In this document: positions 16,859-25,200 of the stretch, piece by piece
Layout: each line of letters opens with the position of its first letter
Position numbering within the stretch: the first letter of the stretch is position 1
Virus record (IMG/VR): IMGVR_UViG_3300005805_000347
Location: 1-28,529 of that record
DNA length: 28,529 nucleotides
Reading direction: 5' to 3' (one strand)
Origin: a virus
Lineage: Duplodnaviria > Caudoviricetes
The notes under the pieces: generated by a model
The model's input: only the letters and a program-made list of their open reading frames with translations
Databases searched by the model: none
What the model was told of the DNA's origin: nothing
Position numbers and translations under genes: made by a program

Positions 16859-17280
16859 GCAAATCAAACACTGCTGCAGTAATTATCCCGTTTGACGAGA
16901 ATCCGATGTTTACGCTAAGCATCAATGATCTCATTCGCAAACGCGCTGCAATTAAAGATGAGACGGAAAAGCTTAACTCCCGTCTAAAAGACTTGAAGAC
17001 TGACCAGGACAACATCGACCTGGCACTTCTAAAGAAAATGGATGCAGAGGGGTTATCCCGCACTGCCAACGGAGACTACTCGGTATCCATCAATGAAGAC
17101 ACGGTCCCAGAGGTCATCGATTGGGATGCTCTCTACGATCATGTGATTTCTACTCGTGACTTCAGCTTGATCCAACGACGGATTAGTTCGACGGCTTATA
17201 AAGAGCTGTTGAAACTCGGGGAAGGAGTCCCCGGCCTTTCACCAAGGACAATTCGTAAGATCAATTTTCGTTCACTCTAA
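16855..17280 (+). CDS. Conserved phage replication-region protein (coiled coil, DWD..Y, QRR.S, VPG)
   Basis: GAGGA RBS with TTG start (alternative ATG at 16906); motif recalled from phage replication modules. Confidence 0.8.
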   Translation: MSKSNTAAVIIPFDENPMFTLSINDLIRKRAAIKDETEKLNSRLKDLKTDQDNIDLALLKKMDAEGLSRTANGDYSVSINEDTVPEVIDWDALYDHVISTRDFSLIQRRISSTAYKELLKLGEGVPGLSPRTIRKINFRSL

Positions 17281-17301
17281 ACCGCAAAGGAAAACATATA
17301 A

Positions 17302-18027
17302 ATGCCTAAAGCATCATCTGCTGCTATTGCTGACCAGCCAGCCTCAACCTCTTTGGTTGCGCTCGTATCTTCGCAACTACCTGACCACGTCGTTCAAGAC
17401 AGTGCCGGTCTAGGCAACGAGAATGTCGGCCAGCATGTCACCATTCCTCGGGTCAAGTTGCTCCAAAAGATGTCTGACGAGGTAGACAAGTACAACTCGA
17501 AGTACATCGACGGCGCTGAACCTGGCCACTTCTTGAACTCCTTGACTGGAGAAAACTACGGCGAAGAGCTGTACGTCATCAGTCTTTTGTTCAAGAACGA
17601 GTACGTCGTATGGCGTAACCGTGACGCAGGCGGCGGCATCCTCGGGTCATTTGGCTCGCTGCAGCAGGCGCAAGAAGCCATCAAGGGCCAAGACAAGCCG
17701 CAGGATTACACGATCACGGACACGCACTCACATGTCTTGCTGATCAAGAATCCTGAAACCGGTGAACTGGACCGCACGCCAGTGATCATGGACTTCTCCA
17801 GCTCCAAGATGCGCATCTCGCGCAACTGGAACTCGATGATTGGTCTCAAGGGTGGTAACCGATTCTCGGGGCTGTGGAAGCTCAAGTCGGTTTCTGTGAC
17901 CAACAAAGCCGGTGCTCAGTTCATGAACCTCGAAGCAGAATGGGTAGGCTGGGCCACAAAGCCGGACTACGAGTACGCTAAGTCCGTCTACTTGCAGCAC
18001 GCCGACCGCACGAGCGCCAATGACTAA
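17302..18027 (+). CDS. Putative ssDNA-binding or annealing protein
   Basis: IPRVKLLQxxS, GAEPGxFxN motifs; position between helicase and nuclease; function inferred. Confidence 0.55.
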   Translation: MPKASSAAIADQPASTSLVALVSSQLPDHVVQDSAGLGNENVGQHVTIPRVKLLQKMSDEVDKYNSKYIDGAEPGHFLNSLTGENYGEELYVISLLFKNEYVVWRNRDAGGGILGSFGSLQQAQEAIKGQDKPQDYTITDTHSHVLLIKNPETGELDRTPVIMDFSSSKMRISRNWNSMIGLKGGNRFSGLWKLKSVSVTNKAGAQFMNLEAEWVGWATKPDYEYAKSVYLQHADRTSAND

Positions 18028-18036
18028 CGTTGGCGC

Positions 18037-18507
18037 ATGAACGAGCACGGCTTCATAAGAGCCGTGCACGCTCATCTTCCACCAGAAATTTTCCGGTGGA
18101 AGATCCACGACACGTTTGCTGGCGGTGTCCCCGACGCATTCTACGCGGGGCCCGCCAGCACACTTTTTGTGGAATACAAATACATAAAAGCGCTTCCTAA
18201 ACGAGCAAACACCAACATAAAAACGTGCTTAACACCGCAACAAGCCTATTGGCTTAACACTTTACACACGTTTGGACAGCCAGTCGCGCTAATTGTTGCC
18301 ATCGAGAACCAAGCGTTAGTATTATTAAACAACCGATGGAACGCTAATATTTCCAAAAGCAGCTTCCTAAACGAAGCTATACCGCGTAATCGCGTAGCTA
18401 CCTGGATACAAGGTGTTTGTACCCAAGGGATAAAGGCAGAGCAAAGTGTCAGAAAAGCAACGAGCACCAGTTGCAGTCGAGAACCTTCGTCGGATTTGGG
18501 AACTTAA
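18037..18507 (+). CDS. VRR-NUC / Holliday-junction-resolvase-like nuclease
   Basis: NE..F, GVPD, FVEYK, LTPQQxxWL. Confidence 0.8.
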   Translation: MNEHGFIRAVHAHLPPEIFRWKIHDTFAGGVPDAFYAGPASTLFVEYKYIKALPKRANTNIKTCLTPQQAYWLNTLHTFGQPVALIVAIENQALVLLNNRWNANISKSSFLNEAIPRNRVATWIQGVCTQGIKAEQSVRKATSTSCSREPSSDLGT

Positions 18508-19021
18508 AAAATCCGAAATGCAGATCACTCAAGCGCAAGCGGCAAAGAAACTTGGTTGGACGCAAGGCGCGTTTAGCCAATACTTAAATAACCTTACGAC
18601 CCTCAACCCCTCGGCAGTAATCAAACTTGCAAACTTCCTAGGGGTTGACCCGCAAGAAATAGAACCAAACATCAACGACTACTTGCCGCACGTTTTAAAA
18701 GTGCAAATTAGATATGCAGCTAGTAATCCACAAAAGCGCATTAGAGATTCATACGCTTACCTTGACACTTCCCCAGACTACTTTTTTGTTTTGGTTGACG
18801 AAAATATTAAAGGTGCTCCGCCTGTCCCATACGGGTCAACTATTAGGTGCACTGAGTACAAGCCAACCAAAAAAATCATGAGATCCACTAAAATTCCAAA
18901 ACTACACTTCCTCATCCTTAGAGAAAACGAAGAAAAACTAGAGTATGTCTCTGAACTTGACGTCCCTCCAAGTAAACAGCTAAAAATCAAATGGTTAATC
19001 CACGGTTTCACCATCTACTGA
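18446..19021 (+). CDS. Lambda-CI-like Xre HTH repressor
   Basis: LRRIWELKKSEMQITQAQAAKKLGWTQGAFSQYLN...LN...KLANFLGVDPQEIEP parallels the lambda CI N-terminal domain. Confidence 0.85.
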   Translation: MSEKQRAPVAVENLRRIWELKKSEMQITQAQAAKKLGWTQGAFSQYLNNLTTLNPSAVIKLANFLGVDPQEIEPNINDYLPHVLKVQIRYAASNPQKRIRDSYAYLDTSPDYFFVLVDENIKGAPPVPYGSTIRCTEYKPTKKIMRSTKIPKLHFLILRENEEKLEYVSELDVPPSKQLKIKWLIHGFTIY

Positions 19022-19027
19022 GGATTT

Positions 19028-19225
19028 ATGATTTGGGACAAAGACAGCCCGCCAGGCTCCTGGCAACGTGAATTTGACTACAAACTAGACACCCCACAAA
19101 AGCTGTGGCAAGAAATCCACGAGCTACGGTCGCGGATAAAAAGCTACATCTACGAAATAGACCAGCTTCAAGCACGCATAGACGAGCTTGAGTCGTCCAA
19201 CGCGCATTGGCTAAGAGAGCCATAG
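19028..19225 (+). CDS. Small coiled-coil hypothetical protein
   Basis: GAGGA RBS; PPGSWQRE motif followed by heptads. Confidence 0.7.
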   Translation: MIWDKDSPPGSWQREFDYKLDTPQKLWQEIHELRSRIKSYIYEIDQLQARIDELESSNAHWLREP

Positions 19226-19229
19226 CCAC

Positions 19230-19568
19230 ATGAGTAGAAAAGCAGTCCTAGAACGGGTGCTAGGTAAAAACAACCCGCAAGTAGCCAAAGAGATACGGTC
19301 AACCAGACAGGTCACCCAAGCTCAAATTACCCCCGCGATGAAACAGCTAGACGCAGCCTTCAACGCGTTGCTTCAAGAAATCATCGAGCCCTTAGTAATC
19401 AAAGAGCTTCACGCCAGCCTGGAGCAACTCAAAGAAGACCGTAGGTTGCGGGCTGAAGGCAAAGGCATGGCTATATTCGTTGTCAACAAGCCAAAAGACC
19501 TCAAGAAGATTGACGGTCTAATCAAGGCCATGCAGACTGTTGTGTCCTACTACTCAAGACCGTTCTAG
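19230..19568 (+). CDS. Hypothetical protein
   Basis: 112-aa ORF, tightly packed. Confidence 0.75.
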   Translation: MSRKAVLERVLGKNNPQVAKEIRSTRQVTQAQITPAMKQLDAAFNALLQEIIEPLVIKELHASLEQLKEDRRLRAEGKGMAIFVVNKPKDLKKIDGLIKAMQTVVSYYSRPF

Positions 19569-19574
19569 GTTTGG

Positions 19575-19661
19575 GGGAGCCGGGTGTGGCTAGCAGCAAT
19601 GTATAGCCTCCACCGGACGCCTGGGGTGAGCTAATCCAACCATCCCACCCGGCTCTTTCTT
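19575..19661 (+). ncRNA. Branched structured RNA or complex terminator
   Basis: Closing stem GAGCCGGGTG/CACCCGGCTC; inner GGCTA..CA-GCAA-TG..TAGCC hairpin; second CACC/GGTG hairpin; TTTCTT tail. Confidence 0.5.
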
Positions 19662-19662
19662 C

Positions 19663-19864
19663 TGCGTCATTGACGCAATTCAACGTGAAACACCCAGAAT
19701 CATCCGTTACTTACAAACTAGTTAAGTAAAGCTAAGTCGTTGAAAATTAAACAAGCGTGCCCGCAAACGGAAAAAATCCCTCTCTCTCCGCCAACTTTTT
19801 AAGTTGTTGTTTTTGCACCACATAAAGTAGAGTCCTCCGGCCAATGACGCACGGAGGACGCAAT
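19663..19864. mobile_element. attP region; core is the 3' end of tRNA-Ser (19775-19793), with IHF-like and arm-type sites
   Basis: AATCCCTCTCTCTCCGCCA; IHF-like sites at 19733-19745 and 19800-19812; CAATGACGCA inverted at 19663-19672 and direct at 19842-19851. Confidence 0.85.
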
Positions 19865-20894
19865 GGCTACTATCCGCTCCAGAAACGGAAAGTACTTCGT
19901 CGAAGTACGCAAGCTCGGCTTCCGCTCCGTAAGGAAGACATTCGACACCAAAGCTGCTGCTAAAGCGTTCGCAGTACAAACCGAAGCAGCCATGGACAAC
20001 GGATCGTGGATCGATGTCCACGAACAACGGACCACGTACGTCGGTCCACTGCTCGAGCGCTACATCACCGAAATCCATCCCATCCGGCCCTTTGGCAAAA
20101 GCAAACTAGCTTTGGTCCGTGTTACAGCTAGGGCCTTCTCAAACGTAAAGATCGCCGACCTAAAACCAGGGGTCATCCTTACCTATGCCAAACAGCGTGC
20201 CGTGTCCCCTCACACGCTTACTCAAGAGATGTGCTATTTCGCCCAAGCGATAGATACCGCCCGTACCCTTTGGGGGGCTCCGTTAGCTGATAACCCCGTC
20301 CGGACCACCATGAAGGTGATGTCTCAGATCGGAATGCTTGGCGCAAGCCGCAAACGTGACCGGCGTCTGGCAAACGGAGAGCTTGAGGCGCTGCTAAAAG
20401 CCGCTGGAGACCATTGGATTGCGCCCATGATCCGCATCGCCGTGGAATCCGGCATGCGCCAGATGGAAATTCAGCAGCTAGCCTGGGAAGACATCGACTT
20501 TGAAAACAACACAATCCTGATCAGGAACCGTAAGCACCCAACAAAAAAGATCGGCAACGACCAGGTAATCCCCATGTTCCCAGGAGTCCGTAAAGTGCTG
20601 CTGGAGGAGTATGGGTCAAGCAAACAGCGGGGAAGGGTGTTCGACGTCCAGCTTAGCGCGTCCGTCTCAGACCGGTTCGCGCTGTTATGCAAGCGTGCAA
20701 GAGTCGATGGGCTGCGCTTTCACGACCTGCGTCATGAAGCAATTAGCCGGATGTTCGAGCGGGGGATGGACATCCCTCAGGTCGCAGCTGTTTCCGGGCA
20801 CAAGACCTGGACCCAGCTAAAGCGCTACACACAGCTACGACCCGAGGATTTGCTCACAGCGTTTGTTGAAAAGGAAAAGCTTCAAGATGCCTAG
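19863..20894 (+). CDS. int: Tyrosine integrase
   Basis: Catalytic R (SGMR..EI), K (RKHP), HDLRH, SGH, Y (KRYT); GGAGG RBS. Confidence 0.95.
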   Translation: MATIRSRNGKYFVEVRKLGFRSVRKTFDTKAAAKAFAVQTEAAMDNGSWIDVHEQRTTYVGPLLERYITEIHPIRPFGKSKLALVRVTARAFSNVKIADLKPGVILTYAKQRAVSPHTLTQEMCYFAQAIDTARTLWGAPLADNPVRTTMKVMSQIGMLGASRKRDRRLANGELEALLKAAGDHWIAPMIRIAVESGMRQMEIQQLAWEDIDFENNTILIRNRKHPTKKIGNDQVIPMFPGVRKVLLEEYGSSKQRGRVFDVQLSASVSDRFALLCKRARVDGLRFHDLRHEAISRMFERGMDIPQVAAVSGHKTWTQLKRYTQLRPEDLLTAFVEKEKLQDA

Positions 20895-21069
20895 CGACTT
20901 CAGTCGTAGGGAAAAGATACCTTTTGCCTCTTTTGACGTGGGGGAGTTCAAGTCGGCCTTCGTAGATCTGGTTGTATATAGTTGATTTCTTAATTCTCAT
21001 CAGCGCAGCAAGTTCATCTGTATCCATAAACGGACCGTACTTATCAAACATCCACTCCTTTAACGTCAC
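20854..21069 (-). CDS. Excisionase-like winged HTH (HTH_17/AlpA-like)
   Basis: MDTDELAALMRIKKSTIYN...LPHVKRGKRYLF; GGAG RBS with GTG; converges on int. Confidence 0.8.
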   Translation of the reverse strand: MTLKEWMFDKYGPFMDTDELAALMRIKKSTIYNQIYEGRLELPHVKRGKRYLFPTTEVARHLEAFPFQQTL

Positions 21070-21295
21070 TACTAATCTCCTTTTGCAGTCTGGCCAAGTA
21101 CCAAGCTGCTTTATCTATGTCCTCATTTGGCTTGCCTTTGTAGTTGTAGCGCCAGAGGTACTTTAATATGTTTCCTTTTAAATAACCTTTGAACTCAATT
21201 GGAGACATGCTTGCTTTTATTGCTTCAATACACTCGATCGCCCCCGTGTTGTAATGTTTAGGTTTGTTAACAACGTCTTCCATACAGCGAATCAC
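21044..21295 (-). CDS. DUF3310 family protein
   Basis: VNxPxHY..G.IECIEAI...GYLKGNILKYLWR...K...EDIxKAxWYL. Confidence 0.9.
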   Translation of the reverse strand: MIRCMEDVVNKPKHYNTGAIECIEAIKASMSPIEFKGYLKGNILKYLWRYNYKGKPNEDIDKAAWYLARLQKEISSDVKGVDV

Positions 21296-21603
21296 TCCAT
21301 AGATACGAGCATGTGGTGGAGGAGATGCGACACTCTATCCACAAGCGCTTCATCCTCCGAAAGCTTGTAATAGCCAGCCACGTCAAGAATGGCGTGAACG
21401 GCTTCATGTAAAAATACTTGCTGCCGGTTTGTACCTTTTAGAGACGCGAGCAGTTCAATCTTGTACTGCTCGGGCAGCCACATCCCTACGCAAGCGCTCC
21501 CGTGTTTCCATTTACGGCGAGGTACGTTAACGATGTTTATCGTGTGCCCCGCTAATTGAAACTTCTGCGGGATCCCATCCTCAATTCGCTTTGCAATAGC
21601 CAC
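21292..21603 (-). CDS. Small HExxH zinc-metalloprotease-like protein (ImmA/IrrE-like pattern)
   Basis: VFLHEAVHAIL with downstream DEALVD. Confidence 0.7.
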   Translation of the reverse strand: MAIAKRIEDGIPQKFQLAGHTINIVNVPRRKWKHGSACVGMWLPEQYKIELLASLKGTNRQQVFLHEAVHAILDVAGYYKLSEDEALVDRVSHLLHHMLVSME

Positions 21604-21641
21604 TTCGGACCCCCATCGGCTGAAGATTCCCGAAGGGTCAT

Positions 21642-21656
21642 ATTAGCTAGACTAAA
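21642..21656. promoter_or_regulatory. Operator-like palindrome (one mismatch)
   Basis: ATTAGCTAGACTAAA, upstream of the minus-strand HExxH-DUF3310-xis genes; TAATAT on the minus strand at 21640-21645. Confidence 0.55.
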
Positions 21657-21662
21657 GGCGAT

Positions 21663-21767
21663 TTAGCCAGATTTTTTCTTTGCTGAAAAGCCCTTAGACG
21701 GCTTTTTTCGCTCCATCTTGATCTTTTTTACAGGGGCGTTTAGGACGCATTTCTTACCCTTGTGCAT
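21663..21767 (-). CDS. 34-aa lysine-rich peptide (not in ORF track)
   Basis: AGGAG RBS; MHKGKKCVLNAPVKKIKMERKKPSKGFSAKKKSG. Confidence 0.55.
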   Translation of the reverse strand: MHKGKKCVLNAPVKKIKMERKKPSKGFSAKKKSG

Positions 21768-21933
21768 CTTTGTCTCCTGTTGGTTTTGGGTACTTCTCTT
21801 TAATGGCCGCCACCTTTCGGGCCATTTCCTCGAGCGCAGTGCCGCCTTTCCACAGGGCGTCCAGCTGATCCCCGATATCCGGGTAATCTTTCCGTCGAAG
21901 CTCTGCGTAGTCTTGTTTAACCTTGAGCTTCAC
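21754..21933 (-). CDS. Small tail-fibre-associated protein (YPxIGDQLDALW...IKxKYPK)
   Basis: GGAGG RBS before GTG 21933; motif recalled from genes downstream of phage tail fibres. Confidence 0.75.
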   Translation of the reverse strand: MKLKVKQDYAELRRKDYPDIGDQLDALWKGGTALEEMARKVAAIKEKYPKPTGDKDAQG

Positions 21934-22288
21934 AGGGGACCTCCACAATCGTGTCCGTATGTCTAACGTGGGTTAGCACTACCCGTAGTTGTTGTGGATA
22001 CGCCACATCAAACTCAAGCGTACCATCGTCCACGACGATGGATTCGAGGCCGATATACGCGGTCGTCCCAACAGGAATATTTTCAATCTTGTTGCTGGAA
22101 ACCAACACTCTGAAAGGGGAGCGCGTAATCATTTCGCCAAAATCGTGGTCGTACCAAACAGCATTAGGGTTGATAGGTTCACTCGCGTGAACTACAGCAA
22201 GTTCGCTACTAACATCGACCGAGCTTGGATCTCCGTCGAGCACATACTTGCAACGCCCGTCTTGATCGAAGACCGCCATAAAGCTCAT
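21917..22288 (-). CDS. Tail-fibre-associated hypothetical protein
   Basis: ATGA overlap with the fibre gene stop at 22285-22288. Confidence 0.75.
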   Translation of the reverse strand: MSFMAVFDQDGRCKYVLDGDPSSVDVSSELAVVHASEPINPNAVWYDHDFGEMITRSPFRVLVSSNKIENIPVGTTAYIGLESIVVDDGTLEFDVAYPQQLRVVLTHVRHTDTIVEVPCEAQG

Positions 22289-25200
22289 CGCTTTGCCCCC
22301 AGCAGCGAGATCGTGTTGTTGCGCAGCCAGCATGCGTTGCTGAAATTGCCCATCGGCAAGTCAACACGCCGGCTGCCGGTTAGGATCTTTACCCTAGCCG
22401 TCGTAATGTTTCTCGCAGTAAAGGTCATTGCGATGGGCAGCGATGCCATAGTGTCTGCAGAGCTATCTGTACGAAGTCCTACTTGCTGTTGAGCGGCGAG
22501 CCGATAGCCCGAGCCAGTATCAAGCAGCATAAACAGATGCTGGCCTGAGTCGTTGTAGGTGTAGATGGAACCATCGTGAGTCCCGTAGTACACGATCTGC
22601 ACGGCAGCAGTGGCATCCACGCCGACTGTAACTACTGGGGTTTCAAGAACAGTGATTGCATTGATAAATGTTGGAGGCCCATAAACAACAGTTCTTGTGT
22701 AGTCACCGTTTCCGGTTCCAACAAAGCTATAATATTCCAGAAACTCCCCGGTATAGGGGTTGTAGTACTGAACGTAGATATAGTCGCCATTATTGGCGCC
22801 TACATAGTTATATACTTCCGATACGCCACTGCTTGTCATCTGAATAGCAGCAGATGAATTGTTTGGAATATAGACGTCTGGCGCGGTATAGACCTCCGGC
22901 TGCGTGATAGCGTTGCCAGCAATCTTCAATGTGCTAACAGCAAGATCATCAATCTTCGCCGTCTTGATAGCAGCGTTGTTGATCTGGGCTGTATCAACAC
23001 CAAGGTCTCGGATACGTAGCCGGTTGCGGCCCACACTAGCGTCGTAGTACGAGTCGAGCGTTACGTTGTCGATCGTCAGACGAGCGGTATCGATCGATCC
23101 AGCAGTAATCTTCGCGGCGTTTAAGTTCGCAATCTTCGCGTCGTCTATCTCGCCGTTACCAATCTTTACGCTAGTTATTGTCCCGTTCTTGATGTAAGCA
23201 GCGTCCATGTAGACACCAGCCGGGACCGCCACACCATTAAGCGTGGTCGCAGAAGCTTGAACAATAAACGGAATAATCGCCGTCTGACCTGGCGCCGCAA
23301 TCGAGAAGCGGTCAGCACGAATGATGAACTCAGAGGTCGGTGTGCCATTGTTAGCGGTTGCTGCTAAGCCGAAGCCAGCAACATACCCGTTCAGATCTAC
23401 CTTAACCGTGTATCTACCCTCAAGCGTTTCGCCTGAGGCTTTGGTGTAGTAGTTCTGCTGGAGCGCTGCCGTCGTGGTGTAGTTACCAAGAGAGTTGTTG
23501 AGTGTAGTGGTCGACACCAAATTAACGGTCGCGTTGGATATCGCAGTGTCCGTCGAGGTCTTGGTGTAGTAGTTAGTTGTTAAATACGAACTAGTAACAT
23601 ACGAACCGAGCGTGTTGTTAAGCGCGGTTGTGGAAACCAGGTTTTGTGTTGCAACGCTTATTGCGTTATCGGTCGCTGTTTTTGTGTAGTAGTTAGTCGT
23701 CAGCGTCGCATTGGTGGCATAGCTAGCCAACGTATTGTTTAGGGTGGTGGTAGAAACGAGACCGGTCGTTGCCCCCGAGATTGCACTGTCGGTAGCAGTC
23801 TTTGTGTAGTAGTTGTTAGTAAGCGTCGCGTTCGTGGCATAGCTAGCCAACGTATTGGTCAGAGCCGTGTTAGAAACTAAGTTAAGCGTCGCAGCGGCAA
23901 TCGCGCTATCAGTGCTGCTCTTGGTGTAGTAGTTAGTCTGCAGATCGGCCTGGGTACTAGCTATTCTGGCGTCGTCCGTCGCAACCCAAGACGACCCGTT
24001 CCAACGGTACGCTTTGTTGTTATCGTCGCTGTCAAACCAGATATCGCCGTCAATCAGCCCAGTAGCTCCCGGGGCGGACGCTTGACGGTAGCTTCTGTTC
24101 TTCTGGTTGATCTGGGTCTGCAACGTCAGCGACGAAGCTGCGATCGCGGAGTCTGTTGCCGCCTTCGTGTAGTAGTTGCTCGACAGGTTAGCGATCGTGC
24201 CGGAAATCCGGGTGTCGTCGCTGGCAACCCACTGACCACCCTGATAGCGGTAGGTCTTGTTACTGTCGTCAGTGTCGTACCAAAGGTCGCCTTCAATAAG
24301 GCTACCGGTGGGCGCAGACGCCTGCGCATACGTGCGGTTCTTGGTATTGATTTGCGAGGTCAGCGTGGTAGACGCCGCCGATATCGCCGAATCGGTCGCT
24401 GCTTTGGTGTAGTAGTCATTGACCAGCGTTGCCCGCGTTGCCACCAACCCAGTCGTTGGGTTGTTGACCGTCGCCTCGAGCGCATCAGACCGGCTAGACA
24501 AAGCGGAGTCCGCAGTAACGCGAGCCTGACGCTCACTAAACACAAGGCCGGAAGACAACTGGGTAACATCTGTACCGTTATATGTGCCGCGCAGCTGGGC
24601 AGCAAGAGTTTCGCGTGCCGTAGCCTGTGCAGTGTCTCCGTCTGCACGAGCGGTCTGTTCCGTCTGCAACGCCGCGATAGTCGCGTAGGTGCCCGCCGCT
24701 GTGGCGGAGAGCGTGGTTATCTGCTGCGCGAGAGCGTTATCTGCGTTAGTACGCAGAGTCGCCTCGTTCGAAATCGCCGTGCCACGAGCCGCAGCTTCAT
24801 CAGCAATAGCTTGTGCACGAGTTGCAGCTTCCGCAGAGATCGCCGTTGTTCGAGCTGTCGCTTCAGCGTTAATCGCTGCAACTCTGGCGTTGGTTTCGGT
24901 GAGGATTCGAGCATTGACCGAGTTCGCTTCCGTCGCTGCTGCATCAATCAAATTGATGCGCGCGCCGAGCGTCTGGAAAAGCTGGGACTCTGTGATTGCC
25001 CCAGTGAGCACGTTCAACAGTTCGGTGACATTGGCAGCGGTCGTCGCTTCATCGCCGTTAGCCGAGTGAAACGGACCGGCGATGTCGTAAGTCGAAACGT
25101 GCCGAGCCCAGTAGTAGTACGTCTTGCTCTGCCCAACCGGATCGATAAACGAAATACCGGAGCTAATGCCAACGAGCTGAGCATCGCCAATGACATTAGC

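Noticed and set aside
19775-19793. tRNA gene
   Set aside because: Only the 3' 19 nt are present and the upstream sequence cannot form the D or anticodon arms; interpreted as the attP core.
7061-21295. A DNA hypermodification pathway suggested by Nmad5-like, GP88-like and DUF3310 genes
   Set aside because: No thymidylate-synthase-like, Dpd/Que, glycosyltransferase or kinase gene is recognisable in this window, so it cannot be supported here.
22285-23400. Diversity-generating retroelement target in the fibre tip
   Set aside because: No reverse transcriptase and no template/variable repeat pair is visible in the window.
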